From an uncultured Spirochaetota bacterium (GTDB lineage: Bacteria > Spirochaetota > Brevinematia > Brevinematales > JAOACQ01): a stretch of DNA of 64,000 nucleotides. A program made the position numbers and the translations under genes. Below, one piece after another: positions 49,281 through 59,024 of the stretch (position 1 is its first letter; each line of letters starts with the position of its first letter). The stretch covers positions 1,312,001 to 1,376,000 of the forward strand of contig CAVYGN010000001.1 in assembly GCA_963768055.1 (NCBI GenBank), read 5' to 3'. A model generated the notes under the pieces. That model searched no databases. It had not been told where the DNA came from and worked only from the letters and a program-made list of their open reading frames with translations.

Positions 49281-50714
49281 TTATTTTTTCACCACTTTGA
49301 CAGAATAATTAGAGATTATAGTTTCTCCGGAGCCGATAGCTACCTCTGTCCCGAGTTCAACAGTACAGACATAATCCTTCGGGTCAATAATCTTCTTATC
49401 AAAGAGGTATTTGAAGTAGGGGGTAAAGTCGAATCCGGACGATTTGTTTATCTTTGTCCTGGGCAGAAAAGCGGCATAAATCCAGTAATGGTCTGAACCC
49501 CCGGCGGTCGGGTAAAGATAAAAATCAAAAGTTGTACCGTTGGCGTTTATTGAACCCACAGGGGACATACCCCAGGGAATGTTGTTTGTACTGTCCAGCC
49601 ATACCATGATCTCGCAGGTAATATCTTTGGATGTGAATTTTGAAGGGGAACTGGTGTTGGAGATAACCCAGAGATCGTATGCTATGTCATAACTCAAGTA
49701 GTTAGAAACAGGCGCCTCTGTCTGGGAAATATCAAATGTCGAAATTATTTTTTTATCTCCTGCCCTGAAAGGGAATTCCTTCGGGTGGTCTGCCGAAGGC
49801 GCCCATGGGCTGTCGCCGACAGATATCTCGGGGTATGTCAGTGTAGTGGTAGTATTGACATTATTCCAATACCATGCCCAGCCGAAGAAGTATGCTCCGT
49901 TTGTTCCTTCATAGATATACTGGTAGTGCGGATCGGGAGCAACGCTTATATTCCATCCATTATTCTGGACAGTGTACCGGCCAGAGACCTTAAAAGACGC
50001 GTTATTGACATACGAGAAATTTGTGACACCTGTGGGAAGTACGGGGGGGGCAAGTGTAATGTTTGATGCAGAAGCGGATGAAGCCGAGGTGTCCGCAACA
50101 AGCGCTTCGGGCTTTGGGCCTACGCTTTCCATTACAGATGGCCTGGTAATATAAACTGTTGTTTTATCTTTACCTACGCTGATCTCAAAACGGGCGTTCG
50201 GATCGGTACCGGCAGCTATGAAAGTGTAGGAATATGTCTTCCAATCCGTTGTTATGTCGATGTGTTTTTCGGATGAGTAAGCGGTCCAGGGAGCTCCAAC
50301 TTTGCTGATTTTTGAGACTATAGATCTGGGTGCATCAGCCTTCAAGTCAAAAGAAACCGTATACTTTTTACCCAGTTTCATATTGATGGGAATCTGAAGG
50401 AGTTGAATTGCATAGACTTCTTTTCCGGGGTTTGATATTTCTATTTTAACAATGCCATTATCCACAGAGCATTCCGCTGCTCCGCCAGCTCCACCGCCTC
50501 CTACCATCAACTGCCAGTAACCATTCTTTGCAACATCATTAATAAGTTCCTGGGTTGGGCTGTCGTAATGACTGTACTTTTTAATAGTTTTCATCTGGAA
50601 ATTACAATTCTTGAGTAACTCTAATCCCAGATTTTCACTTTTTGTCTCACAAGAAGAAAATAAAGTCATACCTGCGAGAATCATTAAAACAACCAGAAAA
50701 TTAACCATTTTCAT
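49281..50714 (-). CDS. Lipoprotein: CBM4/9 + GH12 endoglucanase
   Basis: Lipobox FSSC; CBM4 paralogous to 48324-48974; GH12 motifs NNGWN, YPEI, AYDLW, CEIMVWL, ELGTEV; GGAGG RBS before ATG 50714. Confidence 0.85.
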   Translation of the reverse strand: MKMVNFLVVLMILAGMTLFSSCETKSENLGLELLKNCNFQMKTIKKYSHYDSPTQELINDVAKNGYWQLMVGGGGAGGAAECSVDNGIVKIEISNPGKEVYAIQLLQIPINMKLGKKYTVSFDLKADAPRSIVSKISKVGAPWTAYSSEKHIDITTDWKTYSYTFIAAGTDPNARFEISVGKDKTTVYITRPSVMESVGPKPEALVADTSASSASASNITLAPPVLPTGVTNFSYVNNASFKVSGRYTVQNNGWNISVAPDPHYQYIYEGTNGAYFFGWAWYWNNVNTTTTLTYPEISVGDSPWAPSADHPKEFPFRAGDKKIISTFDISQTEAPVSNYLSYDIAYDLWVISNTSSPSKFTSKDITCEIMVWLDSTNNIPWGMSPVGSINANGTTFDFYLYPTAGGSDHYWIYAAFLPRTKINKSSGFDFTPYFKYLFDKKIIDPKDYVCTVELGTEVAIGSGETIISNYSVKVVKK

Positions 50715-50798
50715 AATTTCATCCTCCATAATAATTTTCCTTATGAAAAGGAACTGTTTTATTATAAGACTAAAGAGGATACAATTGAAGAGCCATGA

Positions 50799-50828
50799 GT
50801 ATGGATTTTAGACAATCCCCAGGTATGG
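50799..50828 (-). promoter_or_regulatory. Operator-like motif copy 1 (upstream of GH12 gene)
   Basis: GTATGGATTTTAGACAATCCCCAGGTATGG; minus-strand TATAAT at 50761-50766. Confidence 0.6.
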
Positions 50829-50833
50829 TATGT

Positions 50834-53320
50834 TTATTTCTGTCTGCCGGAAAAATTGCCGAGTAAAGAAAAGACGAAAGACTGGTATCCCAGGCTCTCG
50901 AGTTGGTAATTTTCCAGGAATTGGATCATTCCCACCTTATTGTTCGCGCCGATTTTGCTATAAATAAGACTCATGTGGCCTTTAACGGTGCTTTCAGTAA
51001 TGAAGAGCTGTTCTGCTATTTCTTTGATTTTTTTTCCCTGTAGGGTGAGCAGCATTACTTCTTCCTCACGCCTGGTGATATGATACTTTTGATAAAATTC
51101 AGGGTCGGGATAAATGGCTGATATCATCAGGGGTTTTACATCTATAGCATTCCAGCGAAAACCTTCAAATTCTCCGGATTCATTGTTTATAGGCGCTATA
51201 TGGATGAGCATGGTAGTGGCCACAGCGTTTTTAACCCTGATACGGAATTCGCCGCGGGCAGCTTTACCTGTCTCTTTTACAGAATCAAGGGCCGTTTTCA
51301 TACGGGCCCTGTCTTCTTCCACAATAAAGTCTAATGAATTATGGGTTTCTAATGAATCCTTCAATATCAATGTATCATAACCGGACTGGTTTAAAAAACA
51401 CACATTATTGGCCGGATCAGTTTCCAGTATGATCGTAGGCAGGAAAAGGGCCATATCCCGGAAACGGGACTCGCTTGCCCTTAAGGCGTCTATAGCCGTT
51501 TTCATCTTCTCCTCAGCCTCTCGGCGTTTCTGGAAAAGCTGGGATGTGTACATGGCTATGCTGAACTGTTCACGCAAGGTATCGAATAATATTTCATCCA
51601 GTCCGTTGATCTCCATAGCGATATAGCCGTACTGGATTTCCCTTATAAATAAAGCCATGAAAACAAGCTGGTACCTCTTGTCTTTTTCTATCAATCCTTC
51701 GGGAAGAATTTCATTTACCTGGAAAACCAGGCCGCCTGAGGGCAAAACTTTCCTGCCGTTTTCATCATAGGCTAACTTGATAATACCATCCACAGGAAGT
51801 CGAATATCATTTTCTGAAGCCGTGAAAGGTTCCCTGTATTCCACGATAAACACACGGACCAGGCCGAACCTCGGCAGGTTTTCTGCCAGGGAATCAATCC
51901 ATTTTCCGGGATTCGGTTCCGAATGAATTGATAGGATGATATTCCTGAGTTCAAAGAGGTAATCCAAAATAGTCCGCAGGCGAATTTCCTCTCTCCTGAT
52001 ACCCCATTGCGCGCTTATTCCCTGGGCATTCTGAAAAATATCCTCGGCGAATGACCGCAATTTCGGATCTGTGATCAATCCCAAGATATTAATTCGAAGA
52101 ATGGACAGGATTTTCTGCCATGATTGTATCGAATTCGGCCATTGGGCCGGACGGATCAGGATTTCATTTAAAATAAATAAAAATATGGCTGGTGTTTTCC
52201 TGGACTTAAAATCCAGAAAAAGTGAATCAATCAGCGAATTGATGCTGGATATAATTGTATTATAATAAGCGGATGGAGGTTTGACTTCCTGCAGTATTTC
52301 GGCAGTTATACTTTCACGGATTGCCTTTATATTATTTTCAAACCGGATAACTTCTTGTTTGCGGTTTCGGCTTTTCTCAAGGATCCCGTCCTGGCTGTTC
52401 GATTGAAACGGGATTCCGGCGGCCTGAAAAGGCAGATGAAAACAGCCACAGGATTCCCGGATAACGAATCCGGGTTTGATTATTGTCCTTTTAGGCGGGA
52501 CGATTCCATTTAAAATGTTTTCAAGTATTTCGCAAGCCTTGTATGCCTGTTCCTCAATCGGCTGATGTATTGTTGTTAGAGGAGGGTTCATCATCCGGGC
52601 GTCGCTTATATCATCAAATCCTGTAAGGGCAATGTCCTTGGGAATATTGATATCCAGTTCAGAGAAGCTGCGGTTTACAGCATAGGCCATATCATCGTTG
52701 GCGCAAACCAGCGCCTCAAAAGGGATTTTGTTTTTTAAAATATTCCTTGCCACTTCTTCGCCGGACCTGTAGCTGAAATCCCCCTGGTATATCAGTTCCG
52801 GCGGGACAGGAAGATCATGTCTTTCCATGGCCTTTAGATAGCCCTTATAGCGTTCTTCAGCCTCATAATTGGATTTGTTGCCTTTCAGGAAGGCTATCCA
52901 CTTATAGCCATGCGTGTCGATCAAATGGCTTACCAGCTCTTCCATAGCGGATCTGTTTTCGGAGAAAACTCCCGGAATACCCGGTATTTCTTTTGCAATT
53001 GAAACCAGCGGCAAAGGCTCAAACATGCTGCAAATGGCTTTCAATTCATCTGTCTGTATATAATTGCCGATTATCCCTGAAGCGATGATTAGACCGTCCA
53101 ATTTTCCCGAATCAGCTAGGCGGTAGACCGTGTTATACTGCTCGTCCGAGGGGACCGGCGAATTGTAAGAACGGCCGGAAAACACGAGGAGGTTGATATC
53201 ATGGCTGTTTGAATATTCTTTAAAGCCTTCAAGGAGAAGAATCTGATACCTGCCCTCAATCTGGTTGATTAAAACGCCAAAAGTTTTTCTTTTATTTTGG
53301 AAATTGCCAGGCTTTAACAT
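50834..53320 (-). CDS. Regulator: LacI-type sugar-binding domain + PAS + C-terminal LuxR HTH
   Basis: LVSHLIDTHGYKWIAF, ERYKGY, CANDDMA, TGFDD, PLTTIHQP; ESRFR-PAS; ITRREEEV...IAEQLFITESTVKGHMSLIYSK. Confidence 0.88.
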   Translation of the reverse strand: MLKPGNFQNKRKTFGVLINQIEGRYQILLLEGFKEYSNSHDINLLVFSGRSYNSPVPSDEQYNTVYRLADSGKLDGLIIASGIIGNYIQTDELKAICSMFEPLPLVSIAKEIPGIPGVFSENRSAMEELVSHLIDTHGYKWIAFLKGNKSNYEAEERYKGYLKAMERHDLPVPPELIYQGDFSYRSGEEVARNILKNKIPFEALVCANDDMAYAVNRSFSELDINIPKDIALTGFDDISDARMMNPPLTTIHQPIEEQAYKACEILENILNGIVPPKRTIIKPGFVIRESCGCFHLPFQAAGIPFQSNSQDGILEKSRNRKQEVIRFENNIKAIRESITAEILQEVKPPSAYYNTIISSINSLIDSLFLDFKSRKTPAIFLFILNEILIRPAQWPNSIQSWQKILSILRINILGLITDPKLRSFAEDIFQNAQGISAQWGIRREEIRLRTILDYLFELRNIILSIHSEPNPGKWIDSLAENLPRFGLVRVFIVEYREPFTASENDIRLPVDGIIKLAYDENGRKVLPSGGLVFQVNEILPEGLIEKDKRYQLVFMALFIREIQYGYIAMEINGLDEILFDTLREQFSIAMYTSQLFQKRREAEEKMKTAIDALRASESRFRDMALFLPTIILETDPANNVCFLNQSGYDTLILKDSLETHNSLDFIVEEDRARMKTALDSVKETGKAARGEFRIRVKNAVATTMLIHIAPINNESGEFEGFRWNAIDVKPLMISAIYPDPEFYQKYHITRREEEVMLLTLQGKKIKEIAEQLFITESTVKGHMSLIYSKIGANNKVGMIQFLENYQLESLGYQSFVFSLLGNFSGRQK

Positions 53321-53419
53321 AAGAAAGCGGACCCTTAACCCGGATTATACATTCTGAAAACATTTATAAACTATTATAATCATTTATTTTTATTTGAGCA
53401 ACTTATTCCAGTACTTTGG

Positions 53420-53450
53420 GTATGGGTAAAAAGACAAACCCCAGGTATCG
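53420..53450 (-). promoter_or_regulatory. Operator-like motif copy 2 (upstream of regulator)
   Basis: GTATGGGTAAAAAGACAAACCCCAGGTATCG. Confidence 0.6.
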
Positions 53451-53545
53451 GATTCCAATATTCCTTGAATAATCAAAGCCTGTTCATCATTCTCTTTCGT
53501 TATATAAGGTATAAAAGTTAATTCGGGTTCGTCGCTAAGGAGATT

Positions 53546-54475
53546 TTATCCTTTGATCCCTCCGGAGAGACCTTCGATGAAATATCTCTGGAAGATCAGG
53601 AAAATAAGAATCGGTATGAGAGAAAACAGGAACCCTGTTGCCATGATAAGGTCAGGAACCTTATCGATACTGTTTGCATTCAGGGCGGCAACTGCTATAG
53701 GTATGGTGTAAAGGCTGTTATTGTCAAGCATAATTATAGGAATTATAAAATCATTCCATACCCCCCTGAACTGGAAGATAGAAAGAGCCGCCAGAGCCGG
53801 GGTTGATAACGGAAGGATTATATTCCACCATATCTTGAGATTGCTGGCGCCGTCAATCTTGGCCGATTCAATCAGGGAATATGGAAGCTTAATATAGAAC
53901 TGCCTCATGAGAAATACCCCTACGGCTGATACTCCGCCTGGCAAGATCAGGCCAAGCATATTGTTTCTAAGATGCAAAGTTAGCATGAGCTTATAATACG
54001 GCGAAAGCATTGTAACCGTCGGAAGCATAAAACTAAGAAGTATGAAGTAAAAAAAGAAATCTTTATACGGGAACTTCAGGAAAGCAAATGAGTACGCACA
54101 AAGAGAGCACAGGAGGAGAGTCAATACTGTCGTACCTATGGCGATTATGATGGAATTCATGAAAGATAAACCCAGGTTAATCCCATGCGGCGCAGTAAAT
54201 ACATTAATAAAATTCTGCAGGCTATAACTTCCGAAGTGGGGCCAACCCCTGGTGAATTCCATGAAGCGCGGCGGTATATTGAACATCTCGATTTTGGGAC
54301 GTAAGGAACAGTCTGCAAGCCAGACAATAGGATATAAAAAAAGCAGAGAGAAAAGGAACAAAACGGCCAATCCTATAATATTCCCGGTACTTAACCTTAT
54401 GTGTTTCTTATTCGAGTTTACTATCGCTCTTTCAAGTGAAAATTCCGGAGTATTTTTCATATTATTATTATCCAT
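53546..54475 (-). CDS. Carbohydrate ABC transporter permease (MalG-like)
   Basis: SLIESAKIDGAS, VWNDF, FQRYFIEGL. Confidence 0.93.
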   Translation of the reverse strand: MDNNNMKNTPEFSLERAIVNSNKKHIRLSTGNIIGLAVLFLFSLLFLYPIVWLADCSLRPKIEMFNIPPRFMEFTRGWPHFGSYSLQNFINVFTAPHGINLGLSFMNSIIIAIGTTVLTLLLCSLCAYSFAFLKFPYKDFFFYFILLSFMLPTVTMLSPYYKLMLTLHLRNNMLGLILPGGVSAVGVFLMRQFYIKLPYSLIESAKIDGASNLKIWWNIILPLSTPALAALSIFQFRGVWNDFIIPIIMLDNNSLYTIPIAVAALNANSIDKVPDLIMATGFLFSLIPILIFLIFQRYFIEGLSGGIKG

Positions 54476-54478
54476 AAA

Positions 54479-55471
54479 TTATTCCTCCTCGCGGCTTGAA
54501 CCAAGCCCGAGAAGTCTTACCTGTATAAGGTTTATAACAACTATAAAAGCAAAAACAAACCAGCCTGCTGCGGATGCCATACCAATCCTTGCCGGGGTAG
54601 TGTCAAAAGCCAAAAAGTAAATATAAGGCATGAAAGCCCTTGCCGAATTAGCAGGCCCGAATATACCGACACCGGCAGGAAATATAACATATATTATATC
54701 AAAAACCAGGAGGCCCCCGACCATTTGTGTCATCAGCACAAAAGCAAGAGCCGGCCTCATCAGGGGTAAAGTTATATTAAGAAGGACCTGAGACGGTCTG
54801 GCTCCATCAATCCTCGCGGCCTCGTAAAGATTTGGATCGATGGTCTGCAGCTGGGAGAGGAAATAGACCATGTGATAACCGGTCCATTGCCAGAAAGATA
54901 CGATAATCAGTATCGGGATAACGAGGTTCTTCTCCTGTCCCCAGGATATAGGTATTAAAAGGTGTGTATCGGGGTTGACCTTTAATATTCCAAGAAGGCC
55001 AAGAAAATAGTTAATAATACCCTGATCGGGATTAAAAAATTGGCCTAATATCCATGCCGCTATTACTGAACTTATTATGCATGGTATAAAAAAGGCCGTC
55101 CTTATTGCAGACTGTAGCTTTTTATATGGTATACTATTGAGAATAAAAGCCAGAACGAATGCAACCGGGATCTGTGTAACAAGGCAACCTAATTCGAATT
55201 TGAAAGTGATAATTGCCGAATTAAATAAATCGCCACCTGAAATCAGGTCTTTCCAGATTTGCACATAATTTCCAAAACCAATAAATTTCGGAGTATTGAT
55301 GGCGCTTGCATCAGTCAGTGAGAGGTAAAATCCCGAGATAAACACATACAGCTGGAAGACAATAACACCGATCATGAACGGGGCAATAAAGATAAAGCCG
55401 TCAAGACCTTCGCGGAAATCCTTTTTCAGAAAGATATTATCTTTTCCTTTACCGGTCAAGGCATTTTCCAT
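54479..55471 (-). CDS. Carbohydrate ABC transporter permease (MalF-like)
   Basis: FIGFGNY, WQWTGY, LYEAARIDGA; AGGAG RBS before ATG 55471. Confidence 0.93.
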   Translation of the reverse strand: MENALTGKGKDNIFLKKDFREGLDGFIFIAPFMIGVIVFQLYVFISGFYLSLTDASAINTPKFIGFGNYVQIWKDLISGGDLFNSAIITFKFELGCLVTQIPVAFVLAFILNSIPYKKLQSAIRTAFFIPCIISSVIAAWILGQFFNPDQGIINYFLGLLGILKVNPDTHLLIPISWGQEKNLVIPILIIVSFWQWTGYHMVYFLSQLQTIDPNLYEAARIDGARPSQVLLNITLPLMRPALAFVLMTQMVGGLLVFDIIYVIFPAGVGIFGPANSARAFMPYIYFLAFDTTPARIGMASAAGWFVFAFIVVINLIQVRLLGLGSSREEE

Positions 55472-55527
55472 TAAAAAGCTCCTAATACACAAATTTATAG
55501 CCTAATTAAAGATAAATTAGTGTTTAT

Positions 55528-56874
55528 TTACAATACCCTGTTTGACCTTATAACAGCAGAATAATATTTCCCGCTTAATTTGACGGTCCTTGCCAGGTTA
55601 GAGTAATTAACCCTGACAATGCCGAACCGCTTGGTAAAGCCCCAGGCCCATTCAAAATTATCCATAAGGCTCCATACAAAATATCCTTTAAGATTTATGC
55701 CGTCCCGGATTGCCCTTGAACACATTTCAAGGTGTGCTCTGAGATACTCAACCCTGTCGATATCAAGAACTTCGCCGTTATCTGTCTCAACATCATCACA
55801 TGCCATCCCGTTTTCAGATATGTACATGGGAATTTCAGGGAAATATTCCTTTGAATGCTTCAATATATAATACAGAGATTTGGGAGAAACTTCCCAGCCC
55901 AAATCCGACCTCGGATAGCTTTTTGGCATGGGAATTATTTCATATCCGGCTTCGTTATTGCCGGCTCGTACAGGATCGCCGCAATAGACATTGTAGCTTA
56001 TAAAATCGAGCTTCTGGCCGATCAATTTCATTTCTTCATCTGTATGATCCGCCATATTTTCCCCTTCGAAATCTGAAAATATTTTATCGTATTTCCCGGT
56101 CATAAGGGGAAATAGTATCTGCTTGTTCCTGTCCCGGAACGCCTTCGATGCTGCCTCAATATTCTCCCCGGATTCATAAACAGGCCATGCATGGAAGGGA
56201 ATATCGATAAGCCCGATTGATATTTTGTTTTTATTTGAAGCCCTGATTGCACTCACTGCCAAACCATGGCCCAGCAGGGCGTTATGTATAGTCTGGTTCA
56301 AGATTTTCCTGGGCTCGATTTTACCAGGTGCATGCCTATCGTAGGCATGTGCAAGCACTGTAAAGCAGGGGATCTCGTTCATTGTCGCCCATAATTTTAT
56401 CCTGTCGGATAGTTTTTCAGTAATAAGGGCCGAATAATCAGCAAAAATTTTTGAAACATCCTTGTTTCTCCACCCGCCGTATTTATCCTCGAGGGCTTGG
56501 GGCATATCCCAATGATAGAGGGTAGCAAGCGGTTCAATCCCGGCTTTCAGAAGTTCATCTGTAAGTCTGCTGTAAAAATCAATACCTTTTAAATTCAAAG
56601 AGCCTTCGCCTTCAGGAAAGATCCTGGGCCATGCAATAGAAAACCTGTATGAATTTAAGCCGATATCCTTCATCAGGGATACATCTTCCCTGTAAAGGTG
56701 GTAATGGTCGCAAGCCCTGTCACCGGTATCGTTGTTCAATGTCTTGCCGGGTCTCCTGGCGAAAGTGTCCCATACCGACATACCCCTTCCGTCTTTATTA
56801 TAAGCGCCTTCGATCTGGTAGGCAGAAGTTGCAGCCCCCCACAAAAAATCCCCGGGGAAAGTGAAAGAGCTCAT
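55528..56874 (-). CDS. GH1 beta-glucosidase
   Basis: FLWGAATSAYQIEGA, DHYH, YRFSIAWPRI, TLYHWD, TMNE, ISENG, WSLMDNFEW. Confidence 0.95.
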   Translation of the reverse strand: MSSFTFPGDFLWGAATSAYQIEGAYNKDGRGMSVWDTFARRPGKTLNNDTGDRACDHYHLYREDVSLMKDIGLNSYRFSIAWPRIFPEGEGSLNLKGIDFYSRLTDELLKAGIEPLATLYHWDMPQALEDKYGGWRNKDVSKIFADYSALITEKLSDRIKLWATMNEIPCFTVLAHAYDRHAPGKIEPRKILNQTIHNALLGHGLAVSAIRASNKNKISIGLIDIPFHAWPVYESGENIEAASKAFRDRNKQILFPLMTGKYDKIFSDFEGENMADHTDEEMKLIGQKLDFISYNVYCGDPVRAGNNEAGYEIIPMPKSYPRSDLGWEVSPKSLYYILKHSKEYFPEIPMYISENGMACDDVETDNGEVLDIDRVEYLRAHLEMCSRAIRDGINLKGYFVWSLMDNFEWAWGFTKRFGIVRVNYSNLARTVKLSGKYYSAVIRSNRVL

Positions 56875-56882
56875 AATATCTC

Positions 56883-56957
56883 CTAGATGTACCGGCAGTG
56901 CGGATCAGGTGCAACACTAATATTCCATCCATTGTTCATCCTTTTCATGTTGACCAT
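56883..56957 (-). pseudogene. 24-aa relic of a deleted GH12 paralogue
   Basis: MVNMKRMNNGWNISVAPDPHCRYI* matches NNGWNISVAPDPHYQYI of the GH12 gene (DNA about 49912-49965). Confidence 0.8.
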
Positions 56958-57043
56958 CCTAAATATATATGATTAATATGATTATTTTTGATCAGAACAG
57001 GTTTTATTATAAAACAGGTGAAGATCCGTTTAAAGAACCGGGA

Positions 57044-57073
57044 GGATGGATTTCAGACAAACCTTAGGTATGG
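57044..57073 (-). promoter_or_regulatory. Operator-like motif copy 3 (upstream of relic/GH1 operon)
   Basis: GGATGGATTTCAGACAAACCTTAGGTATGG. Confidence 0.6.
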
Positions 57074-57614
57074 ATTTTGATAGAAGCCGCCGATAAAATT
57101 ATTTCTGCTTTCCTGAAAAATTATTGAGCAGAGAAAAGGCCACCTTTCCCAAAAAGCATGTATTTAGAATCATCCCTTTTGAGAATGAAATTATTCAAAA
57201 TGAATTTATATATAGGGGTGGCATAAAGGAGCCTCTACACATCTGCGTAAGTGTTTCTGTCCTCATCAGTCAAACTCTCGTCCTCCCAGTTCCTGGAAAG
57301 CCAGTTGTCAAACTCGGCATCATTGTATAATGTCAGATTCATGCCGGTACCTCCTCTTTTTTCTGTTCTCTCAGGTAATTTAGGATTTTGAATGCTTCGG
57401 GTAATGTAAGCTGCATAAAATGCCCTTTTCCCTCATGCATTACAAGATCATTGACATAGCCCACATTATTGCCGCAGAGGTCAAGCACCTGGCTGTAAAG
57501 TTGTTTTAAGGCCTTTGCGTCAGCTTCATACTGAATTTCCTGTTTGGTTTTTGCTGCTCTTGTGGATTTGGGTTTTTCTTCAACTGGAATGCGCTTTCAT
57601 CATCACTTTCAGCG

Positions 57615-57740
57615 GTCTATCCATCCAGCATATCTTCAGCCGGTTTACTGCTTTTTGTCCGGAGAGAGAATTTGATAGTTTCATTACCAATATTTGAAAC
57701 GAGCATAATAAAACACTGATTTTGATTTCACTAATCCCAT
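57615..57740 (-). pseudogene. N-terminal relic of a phage-type integrase
   Basis: MGLVKSKSVFYYARFK / NETIKFSLRTKSSKPAEDML resembles an integrase arm-binding N-terminus; starts about 50 bp from the tRNA 3' end; disrupted. Confidence 0.5.
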
Positions 57741-57796
57741 ACTTGCTATAACATACCGGTTCTGCAATTAGCTTATTTGCTTATGTGGTAAGTATT

Positions 57797-57870
<74 letters not shown>

Positions 57871-57945
57871 GATACCTGCCCGGTCCGATATTTTAATTTG
57901 GCTTCCATGTAAAGTCAAATTCGTTCCACCCGGGATATTCTCCGC

Positions 57946-58884
57946 CTAGCTTATATAAACGGTTTCTTCAATAAACCATTTATAAACCCTGACCATTCCC
58001 CAGGGCAGATAAAATCCGAGGGTTATAATCGTGAGCAAAACCTGCCCCCAGATCAGGAGAAAACCGCTTCCGGCTTTCCCCTTGAATTCAAAATGCCCTT
58101 TTGTTTGGCCGTTTCCCTGTATTTGAGTTAGTGAAGCGAAATAACTGTAAATCCTGACAAATGCGGCAGGCCAGTAAATGAAAACGGTTATTAAAGTCAG
58201 GAGGGCCTGCCCGAGCATGAAACCGACGGAGGGCCAGAATTCCGTATTCCACCTTGTGTTCAGGCCGTTCCAGGAGGTGTTGTCGAACATCCACTGGTAA
58301 ATCTTATACATAAACGGTATGAAAAGGATCTGTGAAAGGACCTGGTTAAAAACCCTGTAATTAACGGCCGTTGAATATTCCCTGAAAAACGCGCTTAAAG
58401 CGGCAATTATTACTACAGGAATATAAAAAGCCCAGAGCATGGTTACGAAGAGTTTGCCGCCATTGCCGTTAAATTCCGGCCTCTTTCCATCGTATTCGAT
58501 ATTTGTTAAAATATAATTCATGATCCTCCTGATATACCATGGCATATAAATCGTAAGCGTTATAATTGTCAAAAAAATACCGAGAAGGTTCATTCCGATA
58601 AAGGAGGGGATGTTCCCATGAAAGGAGAACTGTTTATTATCAAAAGCGATATTATTGATAAACTTGCGGTAAAAAGGTATCACCCAGCCAATTATAGCCA
58701 GTATAACAATAACGAATACCCCCGCTGCAGGGATGATGACCGAAACGCCGGGTGTATTGCCCTCAACTGTGTTTACACCGATATAAGCCGCGAGGCAGAT
58801 CATGGCGGCAATTATGACGTAAACAAAGAGAAAAAGCAGGAACCAGCCCTTCCCGGTCAGAGAGAATTTGAAAGTTTTCTGCAT
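57946..58884 (-). CDS. YjgN/DUF898 family inner membrane protein
   Basis: Repeated FxFxG motif and LLTIITLGFYLPW. Confidence 0.85.
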   Translation of the reverse strand: MQKTFKFSLTGKGWFLLFLFVYVIIAAMICLAAYIGVNTVEGNTPGVSVIIPAAGVFVIVILAIIGWVIPFYRKFINNIAFDNKQFSFHGNIPSFIGMNLLGIFLTIITLTIYMPWYIRRIMNYILTNIEYDGKRPEFNGNGGKLFVTMLWAFYIPVVIIAALSAFFREYSTAVNYRVFNQVLSQILFIPFMYKIYQWMFDNTSWNGLNTRWNTEFWPSVGFMLGQALLTLITVFIYWPAAFVRIYSYFASLTQIQGNGQTKGHFEFKGKAGSGFLLIWGQVLLTIITLGFYLPWGMVRVYKWFIEETVYIS

Positions 58885-59024
58885 ATCGCACCTCCTTTGT
58901 TTGAAACATTATATTATCACAAAATTGCGGATTGGTAAAATTATTTATTCCCAAAATAGGCGGCCGGCCCCGATTTGTCTTTTTCATCCATTTATATTAT
59001 AATTTGTGATGAACCTGGGGGAGA

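Noticed and set aside
49152..49496. Plus-strand ORFs 49152-49496, 57124-57330 and 57515-57697
   Set aside because: No RBS or recognisable domain; antisense to real or relic minus-strand coding sequence.
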